DNA from: a virus
Virus record (IMG/VR): IMGVR_UViG_3300027754_000042
Strand: one strand, 5' to 3'
DNA length: 64,000 nt
The notes under the pieces were generated by a model. That model saw only the letters and a list, made by a program, of their open reading frames with translations, did no database searches and was not told the origin of the DNA. Of this stretch, positions 21,300 to 30,033 are shown piece after piece. Every line of letters begins with the position of its first letter. The first letter of the stretch is position 1. The position numbers and the translations under genes were made by a program.

Positions 21300-22491
21300 G
21301 ATTTAACTCCAATTTTCCGATAAGGTAAGGTTGTGATCTTAACATTGAGTAGAATTGATATTTTTTATTTATCTTTTCAAATCGTTTTTCTTTTGATTCT
21401 CTATATTCTTTCAAAAATCCTTCAGTCGTATGAGTTCCAACTACAGTCTCATACAATTTAAATTCTGGGTTTTTTGTTGTTGGTTTAGGTCCAGCATACG
21501 TCTGCGGATTCCAATCTGGATATATCATCGAACTAAAACTTCTTTCCAGCATAATAGCTGAGGAATGAATAGGTTTTACCGAGTTATGATTTTTAAGCTC
21601 TTCTCTACTTTGAGTAAAAAATTCGTAGTATTTTCTATCAGATTCTAGTCGCCTTTTAATGATATGAGATTGCTTGATTGGAATCAAAGGCATATCTCTT
21701 GACCAAAAAAAATCTTCTGTAGTATAAGTTGCTGAAAATTCGCGTAGATTGAGCGATGCTGTTGTGACCATTGTTTGGTCAGTAAAATGAAAAAATAACG
21801 AGTTGTTTTTGATATGCAAAGCAGGTTTTTCCATACCGCGCACGATGCACATAGAGTTTTTGTCTTTTGATCTTTCATAGTTGGTTGTATAAAATAATTG
21901 CCACCATTGATTGTTTGGTCCCATAGATGATGAGATTCGTGGGTATTGATGTTTGATTCTACCATTATTTCCAATGATTGTATATTTGCCTGTTGAAAGC
22001 TGATCGTGCAGAAGATCGGATGCATCAACGATAGTGATTTTTGTTTTTGGACTTAATTCCAACACTTTCTTGAGCATTGGTAAAGCAGCAAGTTCGTACT
22101 CAAGCAAAATTTGAAATTCGTTGTCTCTCAACATATCTGCTCGGTCAAGATTTTTTGTCATTTTATGAAGATTTGCAACTTGGATTTCGTCAATGAATAT
22201 ATTGTTTTTTAGAAATGACCATAGAACTTGTGTTGAATCGCTACCACCAGAGAAAGCAAGAACCACATACTTGTACTTGTCTCGTATCTGTTGGGCTCTG
22301 ATTTTGTATAGTAGACCAATATCGAAATCTGGTTCTGCCATCCAATCGCATTTTTCAAACACATCATTATTGTAATAGTATTTAAGTTTTACATCATAAT
22401 CTTGACGAATTAGCGCATAATCAAATGCGTCTTCGCGAGTAAAAAATCGTTTGTCGTCGTATACATAAAACCCACAATGCAGATGATTCAT
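21289..22491 (-). CDS. PP-loop protein 3
   Basis: RAQQIRDKYKYVVLAFSGGSDS..VL.SFLKNNIFIDEI; paralog of 18096-19154. Confidence 0.7.
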   Translation of the reverse strand: MNHLHCGFYVYDDKRFFTREDAFDYALIRQDYDVKLKYYYNNDVFEKCDWMAEPDFDIGLLYKIRAQQIRDKYKYVVLAFSGGSDSTQVLWSFLKNNIFIDEIQVANLHKMTKNLDRADMLRDNEFQILLEYELAALPMLKKVLELSPKTKITIVDASDLLHDQLSTGKYTIIGNNGRIKHQYPRISSSMGPNNQWWQLFYTTNYERSKDKNSMCIVRGMEKPALHIKNNSLFFHFTDQTMVTTASLNLREFSATYTTEDFFWSRDMPLIPIKQSHIIKRRLESDRKYYEFFTQSREELKNHNSVKPIHSSAIMLERSFSSMIYPDWNPQTYAGPKPTTKNPEFKLYETVVGTHTTEGFLKEYRESKEKRFEKINKKYQFYSMLRSQPYLIGKLELNHAS

Positions 22492-22569
22492 GTTATATGA
22501 TTTCCTTATCTTGCAATTTCATAGTCTTATATATGATAAATAGAATAAAGTCGAATAGGGAGAATTTTC

Positions 22570-23016
22570 ATGACCGACGCACCGGTAAAACTTGTATGGA
22601 TAATCACTGGCTTGGTTGATTATCATTGGAACGACATATATTTTCCGATAGATTCGCCAAATGCGCATGGTGTTGAATATGATGCTAGGGATGAGCTGCA
22701 ACGCATCGACCGTCGGGAAGGCTATTCAAAGGTCAATTTCGATCATGCGTTAATTCGTCAAGATAGAGAAACTATTGCACCAGAATTATTTGAAGGTTTT
22801 GAAGGTTGGACTAGAAGATATGCAGACGACAATACCAATTTAACCGTTGAAATTTATTTTCAAAATGCAAACTTAGCGATGGCTTACAACCAAAAAGTAA
22901 TTGAAGTCCGCGATAAACTGGAAGCAATTGAATTGAAGCCTAAGATTAATAAATACCAATTTTATTGGGCAATCCTTAACAGAAAAACAGGACAATTGTA
23001 TCTACAAAACGAGTGA
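22570..23016 (+). CDS. Hypothetical protein
   Basis: GGGAG RBS and an ATAAATA late-like motif upstream; 148 aa. Confidence 0.6.
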   Translation: MTDAPVKLVWIITGLVDYHWNDIYFPIDSPNAHGVEYDARDELQRIDRREGYSKVNFDHALIRQDRETIAPELFEGFEGWTRRYADDNTNLTVEIYFQNANLAMAYNQKVIEVRDKLEAIELKPKINKYQFYWAILNRKTGQLYLQNE

Positions 23017-23023
23017 AACGATA

Positions 23024-23644
23024 TCATTGGAACTTTGGACCAAGCACCCATACGACAATAGATAAGCGTCTACCAGATGTTACCGGCGCAACTCGATGGA
23101 TCATAAAGGAAGGGAATAGAACGGCCCTTCCTTTTACCTTTGGTACTGTGATAGGATCACTCTCGTTATTATTGTTAATTTGAAACTCACCACCCTCAAA
23201 GTCGTCATTCAGCATCAAAGTGAGTGATAGCTTACGAGGTTGAATATCTAAATTATCTGTACATTCACCCATTGCGATATCCATATGCCAATCATATCGC
23301 CCTTCTCTATCTGAATCGTATGTCGTATATTGAAATGTTGCGTAACCATTTAAATCAAACCCATAATACATCTCATTGATTGACTGAATTATGAAATTCA
23401 ACCTATCAAATATCCACGCAGTTTCTGGTGTTCTATTATGAAATGCAGTCTTGGATATCCTATGCTTTTCGACCTCAATCGGGTCAGTCGTTGACATAAT
23501 CCGACTTTGCTCAACACCTTGCGCATCACAATATTCGATGATAGTTTGGAGTTCTTCGTCGGTAAATGCGCCGTCCCAATAAGCCCAAGGTTCTGTCACT
23601 TTGGTTCGTTTATGCGGATCATTATAAATCGTTGTGTGCTTCAT
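23024..23644 (-). CDS. 2OG-Fe(II) oxygenase, prolyl-4-hydroxylase-like
   Basis: YDWHMD (HxD), RKLSLT..LNDDFEGGEF, FPSF..HRVAPVTSGRRLS.V.W. Confidence 0.9.
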   Translation of the reverse strand: MKHTTIYNDPHKRTKVTEPWAYWDGAFTDEELQTIIEYCDAQGVEQSRIMSTTDPIEVEKHRISKTAFHNRTPETAWIFDRLNFIIQSINEMYYGFDLNGYATFQYTTYDSDREGRYDWHMDIAMGECTDNLDIQPRKLSLTLMLNDDFEGGEFQINNNNESDPITVPKVKGRAVLFPSFMIHRVAPVTSGRRLSIVVWVLGPKFQ

Positions 23645-24324
23645 TAAAAGGTTCTCCAGTTACTTACGGGTTGCACACCCAATGGTTTTGCTGCTTTCTC
23701 TTTATATGTCATCAGAATATCGGCAGCAAGACATATTCGCATCTGATCTAAATCATTTGGCGTAAAACACCCAGTTTCCATCTGCTCTGATTGCCCTACT
23801 GTGTCGTGTGGTAAGTTTGAAGGGAAAACAAATAGCTGCCCTTCTTTAGGTTCTAATTGCCATGTGTATGCGTTGAATGCGTCCCAGTGTGTTGGGTTAT
23901 TAAATTTGATGCACCCAGGAAATGGTTCATATCTATGCTCATAATTATAGAAGCGTATTGGCTTTGAGAAATCTTTTGGTATGTTGATGTAATATGTGAA
24001 CGACATATGCGCGTCTCCATGACTATGCATAGGCGTTTGTCTGTTCTTGGTAATGTTCATCCAAGTTTTGACTAGATTAAATTCAAATACGTTTGGATCA
24101 ATGTATAATCTTGAGACGTATTGTCTAACCGAGTCTATAGCAAATTTGAATAGTGGTTCAAATGCAGGTTCGTGGTGAAGATTGACATGCCCAGTGTATT
24201 CATTCGAGAATCCATCTGATGACATATAATCGAAAATCTTGTCGTAGAAAACTTGCTTGAAATTGTCTTTGTCTGGATATTCAAATTCAGCTAGAAGTGT
24301 TGGAAATAAAACATGTTCTTTCAT
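23644..24324 (-). CDS. Putative 2OG-Fe(II) oxygenase, TIGR02466-like
   Basis: LFPT N-terminus, W.N...HSH, SFTYYI, P.EGQLFVFPSNLPHDT, RICLA. Confidence 0.8.
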   Translation of the reverse strand: MKEHVLFPTLLAEFEYPDKDNFKQVFYDKIFDYMSSDGFSNEYTGHVNLHHEPAFEPLFKFAIDSVRQYVSRLYIDPNVFEFNLVKTWMNITKNRQTPMHSHGDAHMSFTYYINIPKDFSKPIRFYNYEHRYEPFPGCIKFNNPTHWDAFNAYTWQLEPKEGQLFVFPSNLPHDTVGQSEQMETGCFTPNDLDQMRICLAADILMTYKEKAAKPLGVQPVSNWRTF

Positions 24325-24325
24325 A

Positions 24326-25288
24326 TCACTTCACCTTATAAATCTGTTTGAGACTATTGAGCGTTTCTATACCTACTGGAGTTTTTATCATGGTTTCCAT
24401 ATCTGCGCCGCTGATTGCATTGATATCTATGTTTGCACGGCGAGCGTCTTCCACATATTCAGCATCCACCATTGTTTTTGAGAACGCATTGCGTAGTTCA
24501 TCTATGCGTGATTTTGGTACACCAGGTGGTGCTACGAATGGGCGCAACATTATGAATTGGGATTCAAAAGCATGAAGGAGCTTTCTGTCTTTATCATCTG
24601 TTACATATTCAGCCAGTGCTGGAACTTCCTTATATTCTGGTAGACGGGCCGCACCGTTACCAAACTGGAGCGTTGGATAGATGCCACTGCCTGACTGTAA
24701 CCAGTTGGGCTTTTGCGTTTTGATACCAATTAAGCTATAGATAACCGCATCCACTTCCTTGCGCTCAAGCGCGAGACGGTTAGCACCGGTCGTTGGATAA
24801 CCACCGACAATCTTGAAATTGGTGCCAAGCATTCTGTTGACAAACAAAGCCATGTTGCCTGATGTGGCACCCTCAGCACCTACAACGAAGTCTGACCGAA
24901 ACTTCGGTTCATTGGCCCATAGAATGACAGCATCCTTGCGGCCGTCTGCTACTGATCCAATCCAGTTGAAATGATTTGGATCAAACTGGACACCTTCACC
25001 ACCTAATAGCCCTACAAACGGAATCTCTTTATAGACGATGCCGATAACGCTACCATCTCTCGGCGCAATATTGTATATGTAATTGGCTGCAACTAAGCTC
25101 GCAGCGCCTGGCATTGATTGAATTGTTATGGTAGGATTGTCTGGCAGATATTTGCCGAGGTGCCTGGATAGAATCCGAGCGTTGATATTATAGCTATCGT
25201 CATTGGAAGGAGTAATTATTTTGAGTTCACTCGCCGCAGCCGCAAGCGAGATGAAGCCAACAAAGAACATTACGATCAAACGAATCAT
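24326..25288 (-). CDS. Bug/TctC family periplasmic solute-binding protein
   Basis: Signal peptide; AR.LSRHLGKYLP.NP.I..QSMPGA.SL.AANYIYN.APRDGS, FNWIGS, GYP.....LALERKEVD, RPFVAPPGVP. Confidence 0.88.
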   Translation of the reverse strand: MIRLIVMFFVGFISLAAAASELKIITPSNDDSYNINARILSRHLGKYLPDNPTITIQSMPGAASLVAANYIYNIAPRDGSVIGIVYKEIPFVGLLGGEGVQFDPNHFNWIGSVADGRKDAVILWANEPKFRSDFVVGAEGATSGNMALFVNRMLGTNFKIVGGYPTTGANRLALERKEVDAVIYSLIGIKTQKPNWLQSGSGIYPTLQFGNGAARLPEYKEVPALAEYVTDDKDRKLLHAFESQFIMLRPFVAPPGVPKSRIDELRNAFSKTMVDAEYVEDARRANIDINAISGADMETMIKTPVGIETLNSLKQIYKVK

Positions 25289-25347
25289 AGCACTATATAG
25301 ACTAAATAGTCAAGAACATAAATAGCAGAACTAACTCGGAGTGATAA

Positions 25348-26091
25348 ATGGCTATTCCAGCATCAAGACAGGAATTCAAAGACTATATCCTGCGCCGCCT
25401 CGGAGCGCCAGTTATTGATATCAATGTGGATGACGAGCAGGTAGAGGATCGCATTGATGATGCCATCGCAAAGTATCGCGATTATCATTATGACGGTACC
25501 GAGCATGTCCTGTATAAGCACATAGTTACGTCTACCGACATTACCAATCGCTATCTTACACTCCCAGAAAGCATCGTTGGCGTAACCCGCATCTTTGATC
25601 TGGGTGATAGTTATAGCACTTCTAGCATGTTCAACGTCCGTTATCAGCTTCATCTAAACGAACTATTCAACATTACCAGTGTATCGGTTGCACCATATGT
25701 TATGGCTATGCGTCATATCGAGACACTAGAAGAAATCTTTGTTGGCAAGAAACCTATTCGTTTCAACCGTCACACCAATACGCTTCATATCGACATGGCA
25801 TGGGCTACAGACGTGCAGCTAGGATATACGATTATCGTGGATGGATATGCAAGTTTGGACCCAAACACATATACCGACGTGTGGAATGATTCGTGGCTAA
25901 AGCAGTACGCGACCGCGCTTGTGAAGCGTCAGTGGGGTGAGAATCTAAAGCTGTATGAAGGCATGCAGCTTCCTGGTGGCATCACATTCAATGGGCAGAA
26001 GATTTGGGAAGAAGCAAACGACATGATAACAACGATGGAAACATCACTCATTAACGATTATAGCTTGCCCGTTACGGATATGATCGGCTAA
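25348..26091 (+). CDS. gp13: Neck protein gp13
   Basis: LRRLGAPVIDINV...QVEDRIDDA, W..QYATALVKRQWGENL, LPGGITFNG. Confidence 0.93.
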   Translation: MAIPASRQEFKDYILRRLGAPVIDINVDDEQVEDRIDDAIAKYRDYHYDGTEHVLYKHIVTSTDITNRYLTLPESIVGVTRIFDLGDSYSTSSMFNVRYQLHLNELFNITSVSVAPYVMAMRHIETLEEIFVGKKPIRFNRHTNTLHIDMAWATDVQLGYTIIVDGYASLDPNTYTDVWNDSWLKQYATALVKRQWGENLKLYEGMQLPGGITFNGQKIWEEANDMITTMETSLINDYSLPVTDMIG

Positions 26092-26093
26092 GG

Positions 26094-26927
26094 ATGACAA
26101 CAAACAAATACTTCCGACCATTCACATACGGGCGTCAGCAGGATCTTGCTGAGGATCTTATCGTGCAAGCGATTAAGATTTATGGACTGGATATAAAGTA
26201 TTTGCCTCGCACTCTTCGCAACGTCGACCCTCTTCTAGGTGAAGACCCAACATCGACGTTTGACGACGCGGTGGATATTGAGGTCTATGTCAAGAATGTC
26301 CAGGGGTTTGAAGGTGAGGGAGATTTTCTATCCAAGTTTAATCTTCAGATCAACGACTCCATCACATTTACGATGGCTCGTAAGCGTTGGAATCAAATCA
26401 CAACCGAGAAGCTCATAACGGAAGTTGGCTATAATTATCAGGTAGAATCCGCTGATACTAACTCTTGGGGCAATACACAGTGTATTATGCTTGAAGCAGG
26501 TAATGGTAATAATTATAGCATTACGACACCACGCCCATTTGAAGGTGACTGGATCTATTTTCCACTGAATAAGAAGCTATACGAAATCAAGTTTGTTGAA
26601 CACGAAGCCATTTTCTATCAGCACGGTAAACTTTACACATATGATTTGAATTGCGAACTCGTGGATCGTATTGGTCCAGATGCTATCGCTACAGGTAACA
26701 CTGACATCGACGCTATTGGTACTCGCTATGACCAGAATATCCTTCTTTACCAGACTATGTTGGAAAACGGTACATATCTGCTAAACGAAGATGGTGGATT
26801 CATGTTAAATGAATACCGTGTAGAGGTTCAGACAATTACAGCCAATAACGAATATTTCACACAAAAATCATTAGATTATATTGATTTTAGCGAGCGCAAC
26901 CCATTCTCTGAGATTGACAGGTACTAA
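26094..26927 (+). CDS. gp14: Neck protein gp14
   Basis: IKIYG.D..YLPR, EGD.LSKF, P.EGD.IYFP, DFSERNPF. Confidence 0.92.
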   Translation: MTTNKYFRPFTYGRQQDLAEDLIVQAIKIYGLDIKYLPRTLRNVDPLLGEDPTSTFDDAVDIEVYVKNVQGFEGEGDFLSKFNLQINDSITFTMARKRWNQITTEKLITEVGYNYQVESADTNSWGNTQCIMLEAGNGNNYSITTPRPFEGDWIYFPLNKKLYEIKFVEHEAIFYQHGKLYTYDLNCELVDRIGPDAIATGNTDIDAIGTRYDQNILLYQTMLENGTYLLNEDGGFMLNEYRVEVQTITANNEYFTQKSLDYIDFSERNPFSEIDRY

Positions 26928-27799
26928 TGTTCGGATCACAGTTTTACCACCAATCACTCCGTAAATATGTTATCATGTTTGGTAACATGTTCAACGATAT
27001 CGTGGTCAAGCAGTACAACCGCGATGGAACAACCGCATCAGCGGTTATGGTGCCTATTGCGTATGGTCCAAAAGAGAAATTTTTAGTTCGTACACAGCAA
27101 GATCCTAACCTGGATCAGCAGATTTCAATTCAGTTACCTCGTCTTGCGTTTGAAATGACGACCCTCAATTATGATGGTAGTCGTCGTTTTAACAGTAAGG
27201 GTAAAAATATCGTTGTTACGACAGATAACAACAAAGCTGATTACCAGCATATGCCAGTACCGTATGATTTGACATTTAATCTCTATGCGTATGTGCGTAA
27301 TGCCGATGACGGCGCACAAATCCTTGAGCAAATTGTGCCATATTTTGGACCCGAGTGGACAAACACCGTCAAAGTTATTCCTGGTATGAATTTGTCAATT
27401 GACATTCCTACTGTATTAAACACCGTGTCGATTGAAGATACATATGATGGTAGCTTTGAGAATCGTCGTGCTATCATCTACACGCTTGATTTTACTGTCA
27501 AAGGATACTTCTACGGACCAGTTCGTCGCCAGGGCGTTATCAAACGCGCACAAGTCGATTTTGGTGTGGTTGCAAATACTGCTGGTCCTATTACGTTGGA
27601 CGATGTTGCTCGTACCCCCCGCAGTTCTCGTGTTGTTGTGACGCCAGGACTTCTTGCAAATGGATCGCCGACAACAAACAGCGCATTGTCGATACCATAC
27701 TCACAGATTTCTGCAAATTCAGCTTATGGGTTTGCATCAAATAATTTCTTCTACATTGATGGATTGAAATATAACCCAAGAACAGGTAATGATGAGTGA
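26927..27799 (+). CDS. gp15: Tail sheath stabilizer / terminator gp15
   Basis: FYH..LRKY...FG.MFN, VPIAYGPKEKF, LPRLAFE, QILEQIVPYF. Confidence 0.92.
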   Translation: MFGSQFYHQSLRKYVIMFGNMFNDIVVKQYNRDGTTASAVMVPIAYGPKEKFLVRTQQDPNLDQQISIQLPRLAFEMTTLNYDGSRRFNSKGKNIVVTTDNNKADYQHMPVPYDLTFNLYAYVRNADDGAQILEQIVPYFGPEWTNTVKVIPGMNLSIDIPTVLNTVSIEDTYDGSFENRRAIIYTLDFTVKGYFYGPVRRQGVIKRAQVDFGVVANTAGPITLDDVARTPRSSRVVVTPGLLANGSPTTNSALSIPYSQISANSAYGFASNNFFYIDGLKYNPRTGNDE

Positions 27800-28196
27800 C
27801 AAAACTATATTCGAACAGAGCATTGAATCTGCGCTAAATTTACCGATCGACTCGCCTTCTATGGTGCAGCCATTGAAACCAATTGAGGTCGATTCTGATC
27901 TTGATAGCGATTTTGCAACCGCTCGAAATAATCTCCATCAAATTATCAATCAGGGTAGCGATGCTCTGGAAGAGGCTCTTATTGTAGCCAAAACATCTGA
28001 GCACCCTCGTGCGTTTGAGGTTGTTGGTCAGTTAATCAAAACCCTTGTTGATGCTAATAAGGATCTTTTAGACATTCAGAAAAAACTAAAAGACTTGAAA
28101 AAGGTTGACGAAAAAGATGCGCCACAAACAATTAATAATTCGATTTTTGTTGGTAGCACATCTGAGCTGCAGCAACTAATCAACGGGAGAAAGTGA
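27789..28196 (+). CDS. gp16: Terminase small subunit gp16
   Basis: DF..AR.NL, EHPRAFEV, NNSIFVGSTSELQ. Confidence 0.92.
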   Translation: MMSDKTIFEQSIESALNLPIDSPSMVQPLKPIEVDSDLDSDFATARNNLHQIINQGSDALEEALIVAKTSEHPRAFEVVGQLIKTLVDANKDLLDIQKKLKDLKKVDEKDAPQTINNSIFVGSTSELQQLINGRK

Positions 28197-28342
28197 TGCT
28201 AAAGAAAATCTTACAGGATACCCTATCAAATTCTAATCTTGTTCTTCCTCCACCAGTTCAAACTGGCACTAAAAAACAACCAACAATTGAAGAGCTAAAG
28301 GCTAGAGAAGCTGCCGCACCTAAGAAGAACAAGGTAAGATGA
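28196..28342 (+). CDS. 48 aa basic hypothetical protein between gp16 and gp17 (not in the ORF track)
   Basis: MLKKILQDTLSNSNLVLPPPVQTGTKKQPTIEELKAREAAAPKKNKVR; TGATG overlap with gp16 and ATGA overlap with gp17. Confidence 0.7.
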   Translation: MLKKILQDTLSNSNLVLPPPVQTGTKKQPTIEELKAREAAAPKKNKVR

Positions 28343-29958
28343 GCAAGACATATCTTGGTAACCCAAATCTTAAACGATATGGGGTGCCTATTCAGTATAC
28401 CAAAGAGCAGGTTGAAGAGTATATAAAATGTGCAAAAGACGTTGAATATTTTGCTCGGACTTATGTTAAAATCGTCAACGTGGATCACGGCCTTATACCG
28501 TTCAATATGTGGGACTTCCAAGCGAAGATGCTCCACACGTTTGCTGACAACCGCTTTTCTATATGTAAACTGCCTCGTCAGGTTGGTAAGTCTACCACAT
28601 CTATTGCGTACATCCTTTGGCTTGTACTTTTTACGGATCAACAAAATGTTGCAATTCTAGCTAACAAAGGGTCTCTCGCTCGCGATTTATTAGCGAAGCT
28701 TCAGCTCGCATATGAATATCTTCCGATCTGGCTTCAGCAGGGAGTTGTCGTCTGGAACAAGGGCAACATCGAACTAGAGAATGGGTCGAAGGTTCTTGCT
28801 GCGGCCACGTCATCCAGTGCTATCCGCGGAGGCTCATTTAACCTTATCTTCCTTGACGAGTTCGCGCACGTCCAGCGCAATCTAGCTGATGCATTCTTTG
28901 CATCTACATACCCTACCATTTCATCTGGTAAGACGACTAAGATTATAATCGTATCTACGCCACTTGGTATGAATCATTTCTATCGCATGTGGTCAGACGC
29001 CATCGAAGGTAATAGCGAATATGCGCCAGTTGAAATTAACTGGTCGGAGGTCCCAGGGCGTGATGAAGAATGGAAAAAACAGACCATCGCTAATACTAGC
29101 GAAGAACAGTTTCGTCAGGAATTTGAGTGCGAGTTTATCGGTTCGTCTAGCACCCTCATCAACCCTATGAAGCTTCGCGAACTAACACACGTTCGCCCAC
29201 AAAAAGATAAATTTAATCTTGATTACTATGAAGCACCAGATCCAAAGAAATCTTACATTATGGTATTCGACGTGTCCGAAGGTGTAGGTGGCGACTATTC
29301 TGCGCTATCTGTCTTTGATGTGTCGCAAGTCCCATATCGGCAGGTAGCTAAATATAGGGACAAAAATGTCTCGCCACTTTTGTTCCCAGACGTAATTTAC
29401 CGATTTGCTCGCTGGTACAATAACGCATATGTTTTAGGTGAAACAAATAACATTGGGCAGCAGGTTGTCAATTCGTTGTTTATGGATCTGGAATATGAAA
29501 ATGTTATTGCTACGTTTAGTAAGAACAAAGCAATCAAGATTGGTGGTGGGTTTGCCACTAAATCGGCTTTCGGTGTGCGTACCACAAAACAGGTCAAAAA
29601 GATCGGGTGTTCGAATCTGAAGACGATTATCGAAAGCAATAAGCTATTGATAACCGACTTTGACACCATTGAAGAACTTACCACTTTTGTTGAAGACAAA
29701 GACACCTACAAAGCTGAAGAGGGCTGCCACGACGATTTGGCTATGACGTTGGTTCTTTTTGGGTGGCTCATAACGCAGACATATTTCAAAGACCTGATGA
29801 ACAGTGATATTAGGCAAAATTTAGCCCGCGAAACAATGAAAGATGTGCATGACGACTTACTTCCGGTAGGGTTTATAGACGATGGTAGACAGGAAATAGA
29901 AGCCATTGATGACCCAATTCCGACTGGAATGGGCTTCAGCGATTTCAGATTTGGGTAA
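28339..29958 (+). CDS. gp17: Terminase large subunit gp17
   Basis: YLGNPNLK, Walker A PRQVGKST, Walker B IFLDEFAH, nuclease HDDLAM. Confidence 0.97.
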   Translation: MSKTYLGNPNLKRYGVPIQYTKEQVEEYIKCAKDVEYFARTYVKIVNVDHGLIPFNMWDFQAKMLHTFADNRFSICKLPRQVGKSTTSIAYILWLVLFTDQQNVAILANKGSLARDLLAKLQLAYEYLPIWLQQGVVVWNKGNIELENGSKVLAAATSSSAIRGGSFNLIFLDEFAHVQRNLADAFFASTYPTISSGKTTKIIIVSTPLGMNHFYRMWSDAIEGNSEYAPVEINWSEVPGRDEEWKKQTIANTSEEQFRQEFECEFIGSSSTLINPMKLRELTHVRPQKDKFNLDYYEAPDPKKSYIMVFDVSEGVGGDYSALSVFDVSQVPYRQVAKYRDKNVSPLLFPDVIYRFARWYNNAYVLGETNNIGQQVVNSLFMDLEYENVIATFSKNKAIKIGGGFATKSAFGVRTTKQVKKIGCSNLKTIIESNKLLITDFDTIEELTTFVEDKDTYKAEEGCHDDLAMTLVLFGWLITQTYFKDLMNSDIRQNLARETMKDVHDDLLPVGFIDDGRQEIEAIDDPIPTGMGFSDFRFG

Positions 29959-29973
29959 CAAAAGTCTCGTTTT

Positions 29974-29981
29974 TATAAATA
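29974..29981 (+). promoter_or_regulatory. T4-type late promoter TATAAATA
   Basis: Exact motif upstream of gp18. Confidence 0.85.
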
Positions 29982-30033
29982 AAAGAACAAGAATGAATCG
30001 AAGAATACCTTCGTCTATAGAGGAGATAAGTCT

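Noticed and set aside
18096-22491. PP-loop genes as QueC (7-deazaguanine pathway) or lasso-peptide cyclases
   Set aside because: No QueC zinc-binding Cys cluster, no folE/queD/queE/dpdA, and no precursor peptide or B protein was recognised.
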